DNA from: Macrostomum lignano
Lineage: Eukaryota
DNA: 64,000 nucleotides
NCBI GenBank assembly: GCA_002269645.1
Contig: NIVC01003175.1
Span: 1 to 64,000, forward strand
Reading direction: 5' to 3'
Shown piece after piece: positions 1 to 13,133 of this stretch. The notes beneath the pieces are model-generated. The model ran no database searches. It saw nothing but the letters and a program-made list of their open reading frames with translations, and was not told the DNA's origin. The number at the start of each line of letters is the position of its first letter. Position 1 is the first letter of the stretch. Made by a program: the position numbers and the translations under genes.

Positions 1-41
1 TAGCATAAAGCAAAATCTAATTAGTTGGATTCTCGATTTAC

Positions 42-698
42 CGTTTCCCTGCCTCTCGTTCCTCGAGTCAGGTACTGCTTGCCGTGGCCAGACGTGAAGA
101 AGCGCTCCATTGCTGGCCTTCGACGCAGGTGCCCGGCGGGTTCTGAGGCGAAAGCAGAAGTTCTTGATGTACTTTACAGGTACTAACTACACAGAATTAT
201 CGGCTCTGTACTTACATGCATATAGTATAGTACGCGTACATGCAGACAGCTTACAGAACTTACAGAGTAACTGACAGTACTTTACAGAAACACTGACAGT
301 ACCGCCACACACAGACAGCATACTTAGAATCTCACCTGTTTATTCTTATTCAGAGTTTTCTTCACCCGATGAAATCAAAGTAGGTCTTCACGTAGTTGTC
401 CTTCTGCGCATTGTATGGCGGAATCACGGAGCCAACCTTCGGTTGGCCCGCGAGTAGTCCTCAGAGATGGAGGCCATCACGCGGGAGTCCAGCACGAAGC
501 TTCGCTCCCGTTCGAACAGCGCGTCCGAGTCGGGTGTTGGCGGCGTCCGGTACAGCTTGTTGCGCCTGGACGGCTTCGCGGCGGCCTGCTTGTTCGTCTT
601 GGTTGACTGCTCGTCTTCCTGCTTGTCGTTTTGCTTCTCTTCTCCTCTTTTTTAGTATCTTTTTCTGCTCCTGTTGCTGCTGCTGCTGCTGCTCCTGT

Positions 699-730
<32 letters not shown>

Positions 731-751
731 TTGTTGCTGGTTATCAGCCAT
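42..751 (-). CDS. SPMAP1/C17orf98 (DUF4542)-like microtubule-inner protein with N-terminal poly-Q; frameshifted, 3' end outside window
   Basis: Minus-strand frames give ERERSFVLDSRVMASISEDYSRAN(P)KVGSVIPPYNAQKD and GHGKQYLTR(R)NERQG, resembling human C17orf98 (LEKGFILDG...IPPYNAQQD; GQGQRYLNRRN) as recalled. Exons about 751-336 (donor CAG|GTGAG) and 142-42 (acceptor CTCAG|, donor G|GTAAAT). Several single-base deletions in homopolymers must be assumed. Confidence 0.65.
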
Positions 752-1589
752 GGTCTCTTGTTCCGTTAACTAACTCCGTAGGTTATGAGGAAAACACTGT
801 TAAGGCTAAAACTACTCTATAGCTCGTAAACTTTTGCCTGACTACGAAGTGCGTAATTATTCTCCTTCTATCTCGTATTTGTAAATCTTATTTGCCTGCC
901 GAGATTGCGGCTCAAAGCTCTGCTTTCGTCTCGTTTTCTATTCTGTCTTCTGCCGCCCCCCCCCCGGTCTGTCTTTTCTCTCCCAGTTTAAAGCGTCTCT
1001 CAGAGGCCAGCAGGTGAGTCCTAGGGGGGGGGGGTGGCTACCGTCATTCAATTTGTCAAAAAAACCCGATGGCGAGAGAATATCGCCTTGCCAACCGGCG
1101 AGAGGCTGACAGATAAAATTTGACAATGCTGGAGGCTTTGGGGGGGGGGCGGCTGGCATTCTGGGCTGAGTACAGCAGCCCTATGCTATCCATGCTTTTT
1201 AAACACAAAAACTCCGATTCTAAAAAGAAGTTTCTGCGACTATTTCTCTTTGCCTGCACTGGGAAGCAAAGACGCTATCGCGTTCTCCTACTTTTTGTTT
1301 TTAAGTCAGGTCGTTCCCTCAAATGCATAGAATAAGAACATATTGTTGACTTTCTTTGTCACAGAAGGGGAGGAGTGGAGCAGTAACAAAGTTCAGCCTG
1401 ATGGGGTACAAGATAGGGGAAGCTGGAGTGTTGAGTGAAGACAAAAGAGGGATATTAGGGGAGAGGGTAGGATAGGAGAGAGAGATGGGGTGTAGGGAAA
1501 GTAGAGAGAAGTAAGAGGAGATATGGAAAGTGATGGGAAGAAGAGGGGGAGGAGAGGGAGGGTAAGAAAGAGGGGGAGAAGAGGGTAGG

Positions 1590-1965
1590 GTAGAGGAGAG
1601 TAGAGGGTAGGGGAGAGGGGAGTAGAGGGTAGGGGAGAGGGGAGTAGAGGGTAGGGGAGAGGGGAGTAGAGGGTAGGGGAGAAGGGAGTAGAGGGTAGGG
1701 GAGAGGGGAGTAGAGGGTAGGGGAGAGGGAAAAGAGGGTAGGGGAGAGGGGAGTAGAGGGTAGGGGAGAGGGGAGTAGAGGGTAGGGGAGAGGGGAGTAG
1801 AGGGTAGGGGAGAGGGGAAAGAGGGTAGGGGAGAGGGGAGTAGAGGGTAGGGGAGAGGGGAGTAGAGGGTAGGGGAGAGGGGAGTAGAGGGTAGGGGAGA
1901 GGGGAGTAGAGGGTAGGGGAGAGAGTAGAGGGTAGGGGAGAGAGGAGTAGAGTAGGGGAGAGGTG
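1590..1965. repeat. Purine-rich 22-bp minisatellite (GGGGAGAGGGGAGTAGAGGGTA)n
   Basis: Directly visible tandem array; explains the Pro/Ser/Leu ORFs 1319-2056 and 1455-2033. Confidence 0.9.
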
Positions 1966-2447
1966 AATAGAGAATTAGAAGAGATGTGGTAGCAGACAGA
2001 GCATGTAATGACGGCACAACAATTGGCAAACAAAAAGCCAACGCGGATGTGCTCAAATTACCTGAAAAGCAATCCAGCTGTTAAATAATTAATGAACAAC
2101 TCTAGACCGACAGAGGCTATAGCGGCCCTGCCTTAAAGAAGGGAAGCTGAGCTCTCGGATTGTGAGAACCACAAGGCAGGCAGATGCTTGGGTTGGCAAT
2201 CACACTGCAAACTGCATCTCCCGCTCCTCCAAAACTGGAGCTGCAAGCAAGTTTTGTGTCTGCCGTCAATCAAAATTTCTGTGAGCTTGTCGTGATATTT
2301 TTTGGCTGTTGCACTCATCACGGAATCAAATCAGCTGGGACAGATTGAAATATGAGCTGCTGCTGCTGTTGCTTCTCCTGGAAGCTTTTCCCACGGCATG
2401 ACTGTTGACAATACACTATTGTGAGGCTAGTCAGATTACGCTCGTAT

Positions 2448-3227
<780 letters not shown>

Positions 3228-3734
3228 GTCTTCTGTCAATCAGTCCGCCTCTCAAAGCAATAAGTTTTGTAATCACGGAGTCTCCATATGAAATTAGGCA
3301 GGATTTAGTGTAAAAAGCAACCACCTAAAGTTTACATAACAACTTTAGGTAGCCAGATACAATATTTTGTATTATTTCGGTTATGATTGATTGAGCAATA
3401 AACACATTAGTAGATTAAAGTATAAGTGTGGTTACAGCGGAATACTCGCATAAATACAGCATAATAAACAAATTATTAGCGAAATGCGTTAATTCGGTCA
3501 AAAAGTTTAAAAGCCAACTAATAAAAATGAGCAAACAAGCAAACAGCATATAAATATATACATGTAGATGAAAAAACAATAGTTTAATGCGCAATAGAGT
3601 AAAAAATAAGTTATTTTGTAAAAAAATTTTGAAAAATGTTGCAGAACAACTGCTGCTGTAAAAGCATACCCTGTACTTGTTCAAGCTTAAGCATGAGTAG
3701 TATGTATAGCGCATAGCATGAATGAATGAACGAG

Positions 3735-4350
3735 ACACCTTCAAAACACACCATGAGAGGCCTTCAAAACACATCACGAGGCCTTCAAAACACATCACGA
3801 GGCCTTCAAAACACATCACGAGGCCTTCAAAACACATCACGAGGCCTTCAAAACACATCACGAGGCCTTCAAAACACAACATGAAAGGCCTTCAAAACAC
3901 ATGAAAGGCCTTCAAAACACATCACGAGGCCTTCAAAACACATGAAAGGCCTTCAAAACACATCACGAGGCCTTCAAAACACATCACGAGGCCTTCAAAA
4001 CACAACATGAAAGGCCTTCAAAACACATCACGAGGCCTTCAAAACACATCACGAGGCCTTCAAAACACAACATGAAAGGCCTTCAAAACACATCACGAGG
4101 CCTTCAAAACACAACATGAAAGGCCTTCAAAACACAACATGAAAGGCCTTCAAAACACAACATGAAAGGCCTTCAAAACACAACATGAAAGGCCTTCAAA
4201 ACACAACATGAAAGGCCTTCAAAACACAACATGAAAGGCCTTCAAAACACAACATGAAAGGCCTTCAAAACACAACATGAAAGGCCTTCAAAACACACAC
4301 AACGAGAGGCCTTCAAAGCACACCATGAGGCCTTCAAAACACACCATGAG
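3735..4350. repeat. 21-23-bp minisatellite (GAGGCCTTCAAAACACATCAC / ATGAAAGGCCTTCAAAACACAAC)
   Basis: Directly visible tandem array just downstream of the PIF1 stop. Confidence 0.9.
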
Positions 4351-4400
4351 ACAGGAGACAACATGTCTTATAACAAGTCTCAAAGCAGACTGAAGAGACC

Positions 4401-7400
4401 TCAGCCTGAGCACTCCCTTAGCTGCCTATAAAAGTTGAGCACCCTCTCGTCAGCTCTCACGCAGGAGGCGTCCCAATTGGCCACGCTGAGCGACTCCAGA
4501 CTGCGGCAGCGGGACAGGGCCACGTACACCTGGCCGGCTTCGAAGGCCTCGCTGACGTACAACCGGCAGGCGTCCAGAGTCATGCCCTGCGACTTGTGCA
4601 CCGAGATGGCCCAGGCCAGCTGCAGCGGCACCTGGCGCCGAATCACCGGCATTTCGGCGCCGGCCACTCGCGCGGCGAATTCGTGCTGGTCAACGATTCG
4701 CTCGTGACCGCCGACAAAGCGGACAACTGGCCAGCCGGGCCCGCTGCCCCGCTCCGAGCTGAAGCCCGTCACCACTCCGCGGGCTCCGTTCACCAGACCG
4801 CGGGCCAAGTCCAGGTTGCGGGTGAGCATCACCTGGCATGTGGTGGGAGGCGTTTGGGTGGGGAATATGACGGATTCTGAGGGCATTCTGAATGGCTTTT
4901 GTGAGGGAATTCTGAAGGACTCTTCTGAGGGCATTCTGAAGGAATGTCAGGAGATCCTGAAGGAATGTCAGGAGATCCTGAAGGAATGTCAGGAGATCCT
5001 GAAGGAATGTCAGGAGATCCTGAAGGAATGTCAGGAGATCCTGAAGGAATGTCAGGAGATCCTGAAGGAATGTCAGGAGATCCTGAAGGAATGTCAGGAG
5101 ATCCTGAAGGAATGTCAGGGGATCCTGAAGGAATGTCAGGAGATCCTGAAGGAATATAATTCTGAGAGTGTAAGAGGACTCTAAACGAATCTCACCTGAG
5201 CTCCAATTTTGAGCTCAATTTTCTCAGGCACGCTAGGCAGCAGCGAGTTGAGACCAGCGGGCATCGAGTCCTTGGCAACAAAATTCACAGACTCAGTTGG
5301 CAAGAGGCGCAGCTGGTGCTGATTAATGGCTTCCACCTGTCGTTTGTGCGTGCACAGCTGGGTAGCAACAATGTCCTTGTCCGAGTTGGCCGAGGATTCG
5401 TCCAGATTGCGGCGAGTTGAGCGAAGCATCTCCGAGTGTCGGGGCTCGCAGCGACCGTAGCGAATGTGAGTCAGCAGGTCGACGAACTTGCGGTCCGCCT
5501 GCCGGTGCACCTGGCGGAGCTGCAGCGTCGCCTGTGGAGACGGAGTGATTTAGGGCTATAGGGATTAGGGCGATTCTTGGGTGGATTAGGGGCGATTCTT
5601 GGGTGGATTAGGGGCGATTCTTAGGATGGAATAGGGGCGATTCTTGGGGTGGAATAGGGGCAATTCTTGGGGTGGATTAGGGGCGATTCTTGGGGTGGAT
5701 TAGGGGCAATTCTTGGGGTGGATTAGGGGCGATTCTTGGGTGGATTAGGGGCAATTCTTGGGGTGGATTAGGGGCGATTTTTGGTGTGTATTAGGGGCGA
5801 TTCTTGGGTGGATTAGGGGCAATTCTTGGGTGGATTAGGGGCGATTCTTGGATGGATTAGGGGCGATTCTTGGGGTGGATTAGGACCAGGGGCGATTTTT
5901 GGGTGGATTAGGGGCGATTCTTGGGTGGATTAGGGGCCATTTTGGAGTGGATTAGGGGCGAATTTCGAGGTGGATTACTTCAAGTGCATAATTGCGGCAT
6001 TACTTGATGCATTAAATCGATTTCTATAGTGAATAAGCGAATTCACCTTCACCGCCCGTTGCCAGGCGCTACTCTCGAACGCGAAGCGCCGCCCTTTGGC
6101 GTCAGAAGGCTTCACCGGTGGCAGCTGCAGGAAGTCGCCGCACAGCACCAGCTGGATGCCGCCGAACGGTTCGCGACTGCGACGCAGCGTCCTGGCCACG
6201 ACGTCCAGACAATCGAAGAATTCTGCGTCAACCATGGAGATCTCATCGATGACCAGGTGGCGACACCGGCGCCAGGCCTCGGCCACGGCCGGCCGGCTGG
6301 CGGCGCGGGATACGCAGCGCTCGATACCGCCGGAGCCGTCGCCGACGCCGGCGAAGCTGTGCAGCGTCTGGCCGCCGATCTGACAGGCGGCCACTCCGGT
6401 GCTGGCGGAGACCACTGTGCGGTCAGGTGGCAGCATGCCGACGATGCGCTGAAGCAGCACCGACTTGCCAGTGCCCGCCGAGCCGGTGTAGAACACCGAC
6501 ACTCCGCTGCGGACTGCGTCCAGCACCGCGGCCTGCTCCTCAGTCAGCGCGTGCTGGCCCGGGGCGGACAGCGGCGACGACAGCAGGTCGAGACGGGGGC
6601 CCTGGGAACGGATCGGATTGGTTATGGCTGATTGTTTGCTGAGGATCTGGGAGGCTGGCCCAGCCACTGAGGATCTGGGAGGCTGGCCCAGCAACTGAGG
6701 ATCTGGGAGGCTGGCCCAGCAACTGGGGATCTTGGAGGCTGGCCCAGCAACTAGGGATCTGGGTAACTGGCCCAGCAACTGAGGATCTGGGAGGCTGGCC
6801 CAGCAACTGGGGTTCTTAGAGGCTGGCCCAGCAACTGAGGATCTGAGAGGCTGGCCCAGCAACTGAGGATCTGGGAGGCTGGCCCAGCAACTGAGGATCT
6901 GGGAGGCTGGCCCAGCAACTGGGGTTCTTGGAGGCTGGCCCAGCAACTGAGGATCTGAGAGGCTGGCCCAGCAACTGAGGATCTGGGAGGCTGGCCCAGC
7001 AACTGAGGATCTGAGAGGCTGGCCCAGCAACTGACTCTCTGAGAGGCTGGCCCACTCAGGCCCAGCAACTGGGGATCTGGGAGGCTGGCCCAGCAACTGA
7101 CTCTCTGAGAGGCTGGCCCACTCAGGCCCAGCAACTGGGGATCTGGGAGGCTGGCCCAGCAACTGAGGATCTGAGAGGCTGGCCCAGCAACTGAGGATCT
7201 GGGAGGCTGGCCCAGCAACTGACACTGTGAGAGGCTGGCCCAGCAACTGGGGATCTGGGAGGCTGGCCAGCAACTGATGATCTGGGAGGCTGGCCCAGCA
7301 ACTGAGGATCTGGGAGGCTGGCACAGCAACTGGGAATCTGGGAGGCTGGAACAGCAACTGGGGATCTGGGAGGCTGGCCTAGCAACTGGGGATCTGGGAG

Positions 7401-8149
7401 GCTGGCCTAGCAACTGAGGATCTGGGAGGCTGGCCCAGCAACTGGGGATCTGGGAGGCTGGCCTAGCAACTGGGGATCTGGGAGGCTGGCGCCCTTACCT
7501 TCAAGCTAGGCGGAGTTCCCCCCGCCGGCCGAAAGCCCGGCAGTTGCAGCATGGCGGCGGTGGCGGCAGCAGATGCCGCAGGCGCAACAGCGGGCCGCTT
7601 CCGCTGCAGCCGCTGAGGCGTGGTGGCGGTCGAGGCCGCACTGCCAGCGGCAGCAGCAGCAGCAGCAGCAGCAGCCTGCCTTGCCCGCACGGCGGCCAAG
7701 TCGGCAGCGGACACTGGGCTGATGTCGGTCTCAGCCTGCGGCAGCGCTGGCTGTCGGTGCTGCTGCAGCTGGCGCAGCGGAGCGGCCCGCTGCTGCCTGC
7801 TAGCGGCGCACTGCTGCTTAACAAACAGCAGTTTGAGAAAGTCGGCCAGCCGATCAACCGGACAGTTGGACAGCAGCAGCTGTGCGGATTCGCTGGGCAA
7901 ACGGAGCGTGCATTTGCCTTCGCGCCAGAATTTCTTAAAGATGACAACGCCTTTAGCGCTTAAATTTGCTGAGTGCGTCTTGGCCGCTAGGCGCAGGCGC
8001 AGCTCGCCGTGACTGTCGCGCTGCAAAGTCAGCTGGCAGCCGGTGATTCGTCGGCTGTGCTGTACGGAGCCGAGGCGCGGATCCAGGCGCTCCAGAGTGG
8101 CCGTGCAGGCCACGGAACAGCCGGCTGCTACGGCTTCTTCGGAGTCCAT
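4401..8149 (-). CDS. PIF1: ATP-dependent DNA helicase PIF1 (4 exons, about 657 aa)
   Basis: Exons 8149-7499, 6601-6047, 5531-5196, 4832-4401; all GT-AG, phase 0, frame continuous. Motifs GSAGTGKS (Walker A), DEISM (Walker B), GDFLQLPPV, QVMLTRNLDLARGLVNGARG, LAWAISVHKSQGMTLD, GQVYVALSR, plus the PIF1 N-terminal domain (EGKCTLRL...LLLSNCP). Confidence 0.95.
4870..5155. repeat. 21-bp minisatellite (GAAGGAATGTCAGGAGATCCT)n in PIF1 intron 3
   Basis: Directly visible; fills intron 4833-5195. Confidence 0.92.
5555..5975. repeat. G-rich 21-22-bp minisatellite (GGGTGGATTAGGGGCGATTCTT)n in PIF1 intron 2
   Basis: Directly visible; fills intron 5532-6046. Confidence 0.92.
6640..7490. repeat. 28-bp minisatellite (CTGGGAGGCTGGCCCAGCAACTGAGGAT)n in PIF1 intron 1
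   Basis: Directly visible; begins within about 10 nt of the donor at 7498. Confidence 0.93.
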
Positions 8150-8949
8150 GAATTATATAAATAGATTGGAATGCAACCTTTTCGCCTACTGATAGTAGTA
8201 AAGTGAAAATTTTCACTATTAAAAAAGATTTTAGCTTGCATTTTATCTACTATTAGTAGTTTTTTCATTTTAATTTTAACTACACTTAAAAAATCAAAAT
8301 TGGCTATTCAACGTATTAAGCTACTGTCAGTAGAAATGTGACTTTTTTTGTCTTATTAAATTTCATAACTGTTTGTGAAAATTGATAATAAGTCAAGGAA
8401 ATGAATGGAAATGAATTGGCTATTTTTATTTATATTTCGACTTTAACAAACAAACAACGGGTTGAAATTGAAAATAGCTCCCAGTAAATTTATACTGATA
8501 TAAAATTCATGATTCGGATATAATAAAGTTGAAGACAGGCAAGGCAAATCCATTTGATTAGAATATTAATTTTCATTTAAACTAATTTTTTAAACATGAC
8601 AAGCATTAGACATAAAAACGTTTACAAGAGTCAAAATCAGTGGCACATGATGTCATTTAAAATATACAAATATACCACGAGCATCCACGCTATTAGATGT
8701 AAACTACAATTAGTAAGCTTTGCGCAATCTAAGATTATGAAGGTCAAAAAATTAATTTTTAACGCGATGATAATTTACCAACTGGAAACATGAGGATTTG
8801 AAACTACTTCAACGTAATTGAATGTATAGTTTTCGCTAAGATTTAACCAAACATACTATATACAATCTAGTGTACATACGAACTAGTATTTGTGAGCTTT
8901 ACTGTTCTCCCACCAACGTAAAAATATGAAAATATTCCCTTAACGCCGG

Positions 8950-9205
8950 CTGAGCTGGCCATAGACTATCGCTGCCAATGCAACACTCTGCTATGCAAAG
9001 CCTTTCCTGCAGGCGCGGTCAGCAGGGCTGGCCATAGACTATCGCTACCAATGCTATGCAAAGCCTTTCCTGCCGGCGCGGTCAGCAGGGCTGGCCATAG
9101 ACTATCGCTGCCAATGCAACACTCTGCTATGCAAAGCCTTTCCTCCTGCCGGCGCGGTCAGCAGGGCTGGCCATAGACTATCGCTGCCAATGCAACACTG
9201 CCATA
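8950..9205. repeat. About 60-75-bp tandem repeat, 3-4 copies (GGCTGGCCATAGACTATCGCTGCCAATGC...)
   Basis: Motif recurs near 8955, 9028, 9090 and 9165. Confidence 0.8.
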
Positions 9206-9436
9206 GCCGAAAAGGGAACGCTTCTATACGAAACCTTGTCTGTACATTATTGTCGTCTTGTCAAGGGTCAAATTTTGCTTTAGTTGCTTTGTAGCTACTT
9301 AGACCTTGGCTTGTCCCACCCGATCAAATTAAGCTTCCATTCCAGATGTTATTGTTCAAGCTCCATGGCTCTATGAACCCATAACTCTGCTAGCCATCTT
9401 CCGGCAGCTACGAGCGTACATGTAAAAGTTAAAAGC

Positions 9437-12092
9437 CTACAGATCCAGCGTAGCCAGATACGGGCCATAATAAGTTCCAATAAATAATCGACCATTATAG
9501 TCCTGAACCTCGCTACTATGAGTAATCTGTTTGCCCTGGGTATCGTGCAGGCTGTCAACAATGCGGCCATCGTTAATAGCCAGCCGCAGTACCAAGCCGT
9601 AGTGGCCGGCAGCCATGTTGTGCAGCAGCGGACCGGGCAGAATCTTAGCCGCAGCCAGGCGCAGCCAGGTGCGCTGGCCCATCAGATCCGCGCTGCTGCG
9701 AAGTCCGGCCAGACGGGCGAGGCTGCCGGACACCCACAGGTGCTTGCCGTCCGAGGACAATCGAATATTGTCCGGCCCCAACGGCAGATTGTCCGCAAAT
9801 GTCCGCGTCTGGCCAGCCATTGGACCGGCAAAATAGTAGCGAATGATTTTAAAGCCGGACGTCTCGGCCACCAGTACGGACTGGCCGTCCGGGTGCAGCT
9901 GCACCCCGTTGGGGAAGCTGAGGCCCTCCAGCACCGTGGCTGCGTGTCCGCTAGTCATATTCAGCATTATCAAGCGGCCATTGCTGCTGCCCTCCAGCAT
10001 CTGCGGATACGGGGTGAAAGATTTATCTTCTACAGGCCCATCATTGTTAGGCATTGTAAAAATTGAATAGCCAATCCGCACTGGTAAGCCAAAGCCTTTG
10101 GCTATCATGTGACTCTTCCAATGGATGCGAATCGTGATCACGTGACTTCTCTAATTGACCGTCAATTGAAACTGTCACGTGACTTCTCTAGATGACCGTA
10201 AATTTTAACTGTCACGTGACCTCTTTAATTGACCGTCAATTGAAACTGTCACGTGACCTCTCTAAATGACCGTCAATTGAAACTGTCACGTGACCTCTCT
10301 AAATGACCGTCAATTGAAACTGCCACGTGACCTCTCTAAATGACCGTCAATTGAAACTGCCACGTGACCTCTCTAAATGACCGTCAACTGAAACTGTCAA
10401 GTGACCCTCTAAGTGACCTTGACCCTTTCTATGGGTCTTACACATGCTCCCAAATCGCAATCGCAATTTTGATCAGTATTTTTAATTAGCTCACCTGGTG
10501 CATCAGTTGGTGCAGCGGATACCTGGTGGACGCCTCCGAGATAAACACCAGCTCGCCGTCGGGTGTGATGTCCAGATCGTCGAAGAACGTGACGCCAATC
10601 GGATTAGATCGATCAATAATCGATTGGAATTGACGCTTGTCCAGATTAACGTCTATCAGGCCCAAATAGGCGTCGGCAACGAGTAGGCGGGACCGGTTGC
10701 TGGGATGCCGTCTGAGGCCCAGGGGCCGGCCGCATCTGATCGGAGAGAAGGACTTTTGCAACGAACAGTTGGCCGGACCGAAGCGAACCCACAGCTCCTG
10801 TGTGGGATAGGGGATTGGTGAGTCTGTCCGTATGGGTAGCTGTCAGTGCTCCTGTCTGCTTGTCTGGTTGCCTGTCTGCTCACGCTGTCCTTATCAAATA
10901 ATGCGACTGACGTACAAATTAGCAAAGCTATATATTTGTGTCTCTCTATCTGGGTGTCCGTCTGGGTGTCTGTCTCGGTGTCTGCCTGGGTGTCTGTCTC
11001 GGTGTCTGCCTGGGTGTCTGTCTCGGTGTCTGTCTGGGTGTCGCCTGGGTGTTTGTCTCGGGGCCTGTCAGGGTGTCTGTCTCGGTGTCTGCCTGGGTGT
11101 CTGTCTCGGTGTCTGCCTGGGTGTCTGTCTCGGTGTCTGTCTGGGTGTCGCCTGGGTGTTTGTCTCGGGGCCTGTCAGGGTGTCTGTCTCGGTGTCTGCC
11201 TGGGTGTCTGTCTCGGTGTCTGTCTCGGTGTCTGCCTGGGTGTCTGTATCGGTGTCTGCCTGGGTGTCTGTCTGGGTGTCACCTGGGTGTTTGTCTCGGG
11301 GCCTGTCTGGGTGTCGCCTGGGTGTTTGTCTCGGGGCCTGTCAGGGTGTCTGTCTCGGTGTCTGCCTGGGTGTCTGTCTCGGTGTCTGTCTCGGTGTCTG
11401 TCTCGGTGTCTGCCTGGGTGTCTGTATCGGTGTCTGCCTGGGTGTCACCTGGGTGTTTGTCTCGGGGCCTGTCTGGGTATCTGTCTTGATGTCTGTCTTG
11501 TTGGCCCGATCCCAAATTGCTCCTACTGTTCTACCTGTCCCTCGCCCCCACCACCCCGCAGAAAAAACCGCACCGGCTGCTCGGAGGCCAAGTGAACCCG
11601 CACAATGCGGCCATCCAGAGTGCCGGTAAACAGGTGCTCGCCAACAAAGACGAAACTTTCCGGGCCGCGGACGGCACCGACAAGCAGCTTGCGGGCCGCG
11701 GCAAGGCGGTCGTTAGCCGCCAGAGGGCCAACGGCGGGCGGCTGCGGCGGCAGTTGATAAGCCACCGGGTCGATCGGGTTGGGCATAAACAGCAGCATAG
11801 CAACAAAGCCAAATGCCAGCATAGCGAATAGCAGCATGAAGTGCTGGCACACGGTCAGCTTGAACAGCACCCCAACCCGGCCGCTGTCCTCCTTGCCACC
11901 CTTCTTTTTCTGCCTGTTGTCCGGACTGCTCGCCTTCTTGTTTCGGCCACCGCGCGACGCCAGAGCCCCAGCCGTGGAGCGCAGTGACTCAACCAGGTCG
12001 TCGTCGTCAAGGTCGGACAGGCGGGAACCGCCGGGCGTGATGAAGCTCGGCTTCTTCGCTCGCCGATCGCGCAGTTCGGATTTGCTCGCCAT
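9437..12092 (-). CDS. Strictosidine synthase-like / APMAP (hemomucin)-type membrane-anchored beta-propeller protein (3 exons)
   Basis: Exons 12092-11535, 10797-10495, 10000-9437 (GT-AG, phase 0). N-terminal TM helix; GPESF, TGTLDGRIV, CGRPLGLR, LLVADAYLGL, FFDDLDIT, LSFPNGVQL, PDNIRLS and SEVQ motifs typical of the SSL/APMAP family. Confidence 0.9.
10135..10420. repeat. 37-bp minisatellite in APMAP-like intron 2
   Basis: Unit AATTGAAACTGTCACGTGACCTCTCTAAATGACCGTC; period 37 (CGTGAC at 10141 and 10178). Confidence 0.9.
10945..11490. repeat. Higher-order GTCT/GGTGTCT-derived minisatellite in APMAP-like intron 1
   Basis: Directly visible repeats of GGTGTCTGTCTC / GGGTGTCTGCCT. Confidence 0.85.
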
Positions 12093-12134
12093 GCAACAAT
12101 TCGGTTTTTGTGCATCCGCCGCCTCTCCGCTCTG

Positions 12135-12830
12135 CTTCCGCTAATCTGAGTCTGTCTCTCCGCTAATCTGAGTCTGTCTCTCCGCTAATCTGAGTCTGTC
12201 TCTCCGCTAATCTGAGTCTGTCTCACCGCTAATCTGAGTCTGCCTCTCCGCTAATCTGAGTCTGTCTCTCCGCTAATCTGAGTCTGTCTCTCTGCTAATC
12301 TGAGTCTGCCTCTCCGCTAATCTGAGTCTGTCTCTCCGCTAATCTGAGTCTGTCTCTCTGCTAATCTGAGTCTGCCTCTCCGCTAATCTGAGTCTGCCTC
12401 TCCGCTAATCTGAGTCTGTCTCTCCATCCGCTAATCTGAGTCTGTCTCTCCATCCGCTAATCTGAGTCTGTCTCTCTATCCGCTAATCTGAGTCTGTCTC
12501 TCCGCTAATCTGAGTCTGCCTCTCCATCCGCTAATCTGAGTCTGCCTCTCCATCCGCTAATCTGAGTCTGCCTCTCCGCTAATCTGAGTCTGCCTCTCCG
12601 CTAATCTGAGTCTGCCTCTCCATCCGCTAATCTGAGTCTGCCTCTCCATCCGCTAATCTGAGTCTGCCTCTCCATCCGCTAATCTGAGTTTGCCTCTCCA
12701 TCCGCTAATCTGAGTGTGCCTCTCCACTAATCTGAGTCTGCTTCTCCGCTAATTTGAGTCTGCCTCTTCATTTACTAATCTGAGTCTGCCTCTCAGCTAA
12801 TCCGAGTCTGCCTCTCCGCTAATCCGAGTC
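12135..12830. repeat. 22-bp minisatellite (CCGCTAATCTGAGTCTGTCTCT)n between LSG1 and the APMAP-like gene
   Basis: Directly visible; ends about 45 nt upstream of the APMAP-like ATG. Confidence 0.92.
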
Positions 12831-13133
12831 CGCTTTATTTCTAGTTAAGCTGTTGAAAGTTGAAAGTTAAAATCATTGATTTCAACAAATAATTCCAAAA
12901 AATGCAAGGCCGAAAAAACCTCACTCTTTATTATAGCATCATTCATGTAATTTATGTTTGAGTCTCTTATTGTTAGCATGGTTGACAAATGGAAACTACA
13001 CTATCCAATTGCTTTCATATCTTTATGTTAATTTTACCAGAGACCAGAAAACAAGGATCAGCTTATGATTAAGAAAATAATACAAAGACAAAAATACTTG
13101 GACAAGAATCAATTTAACAATCTGCTCAAGCCC

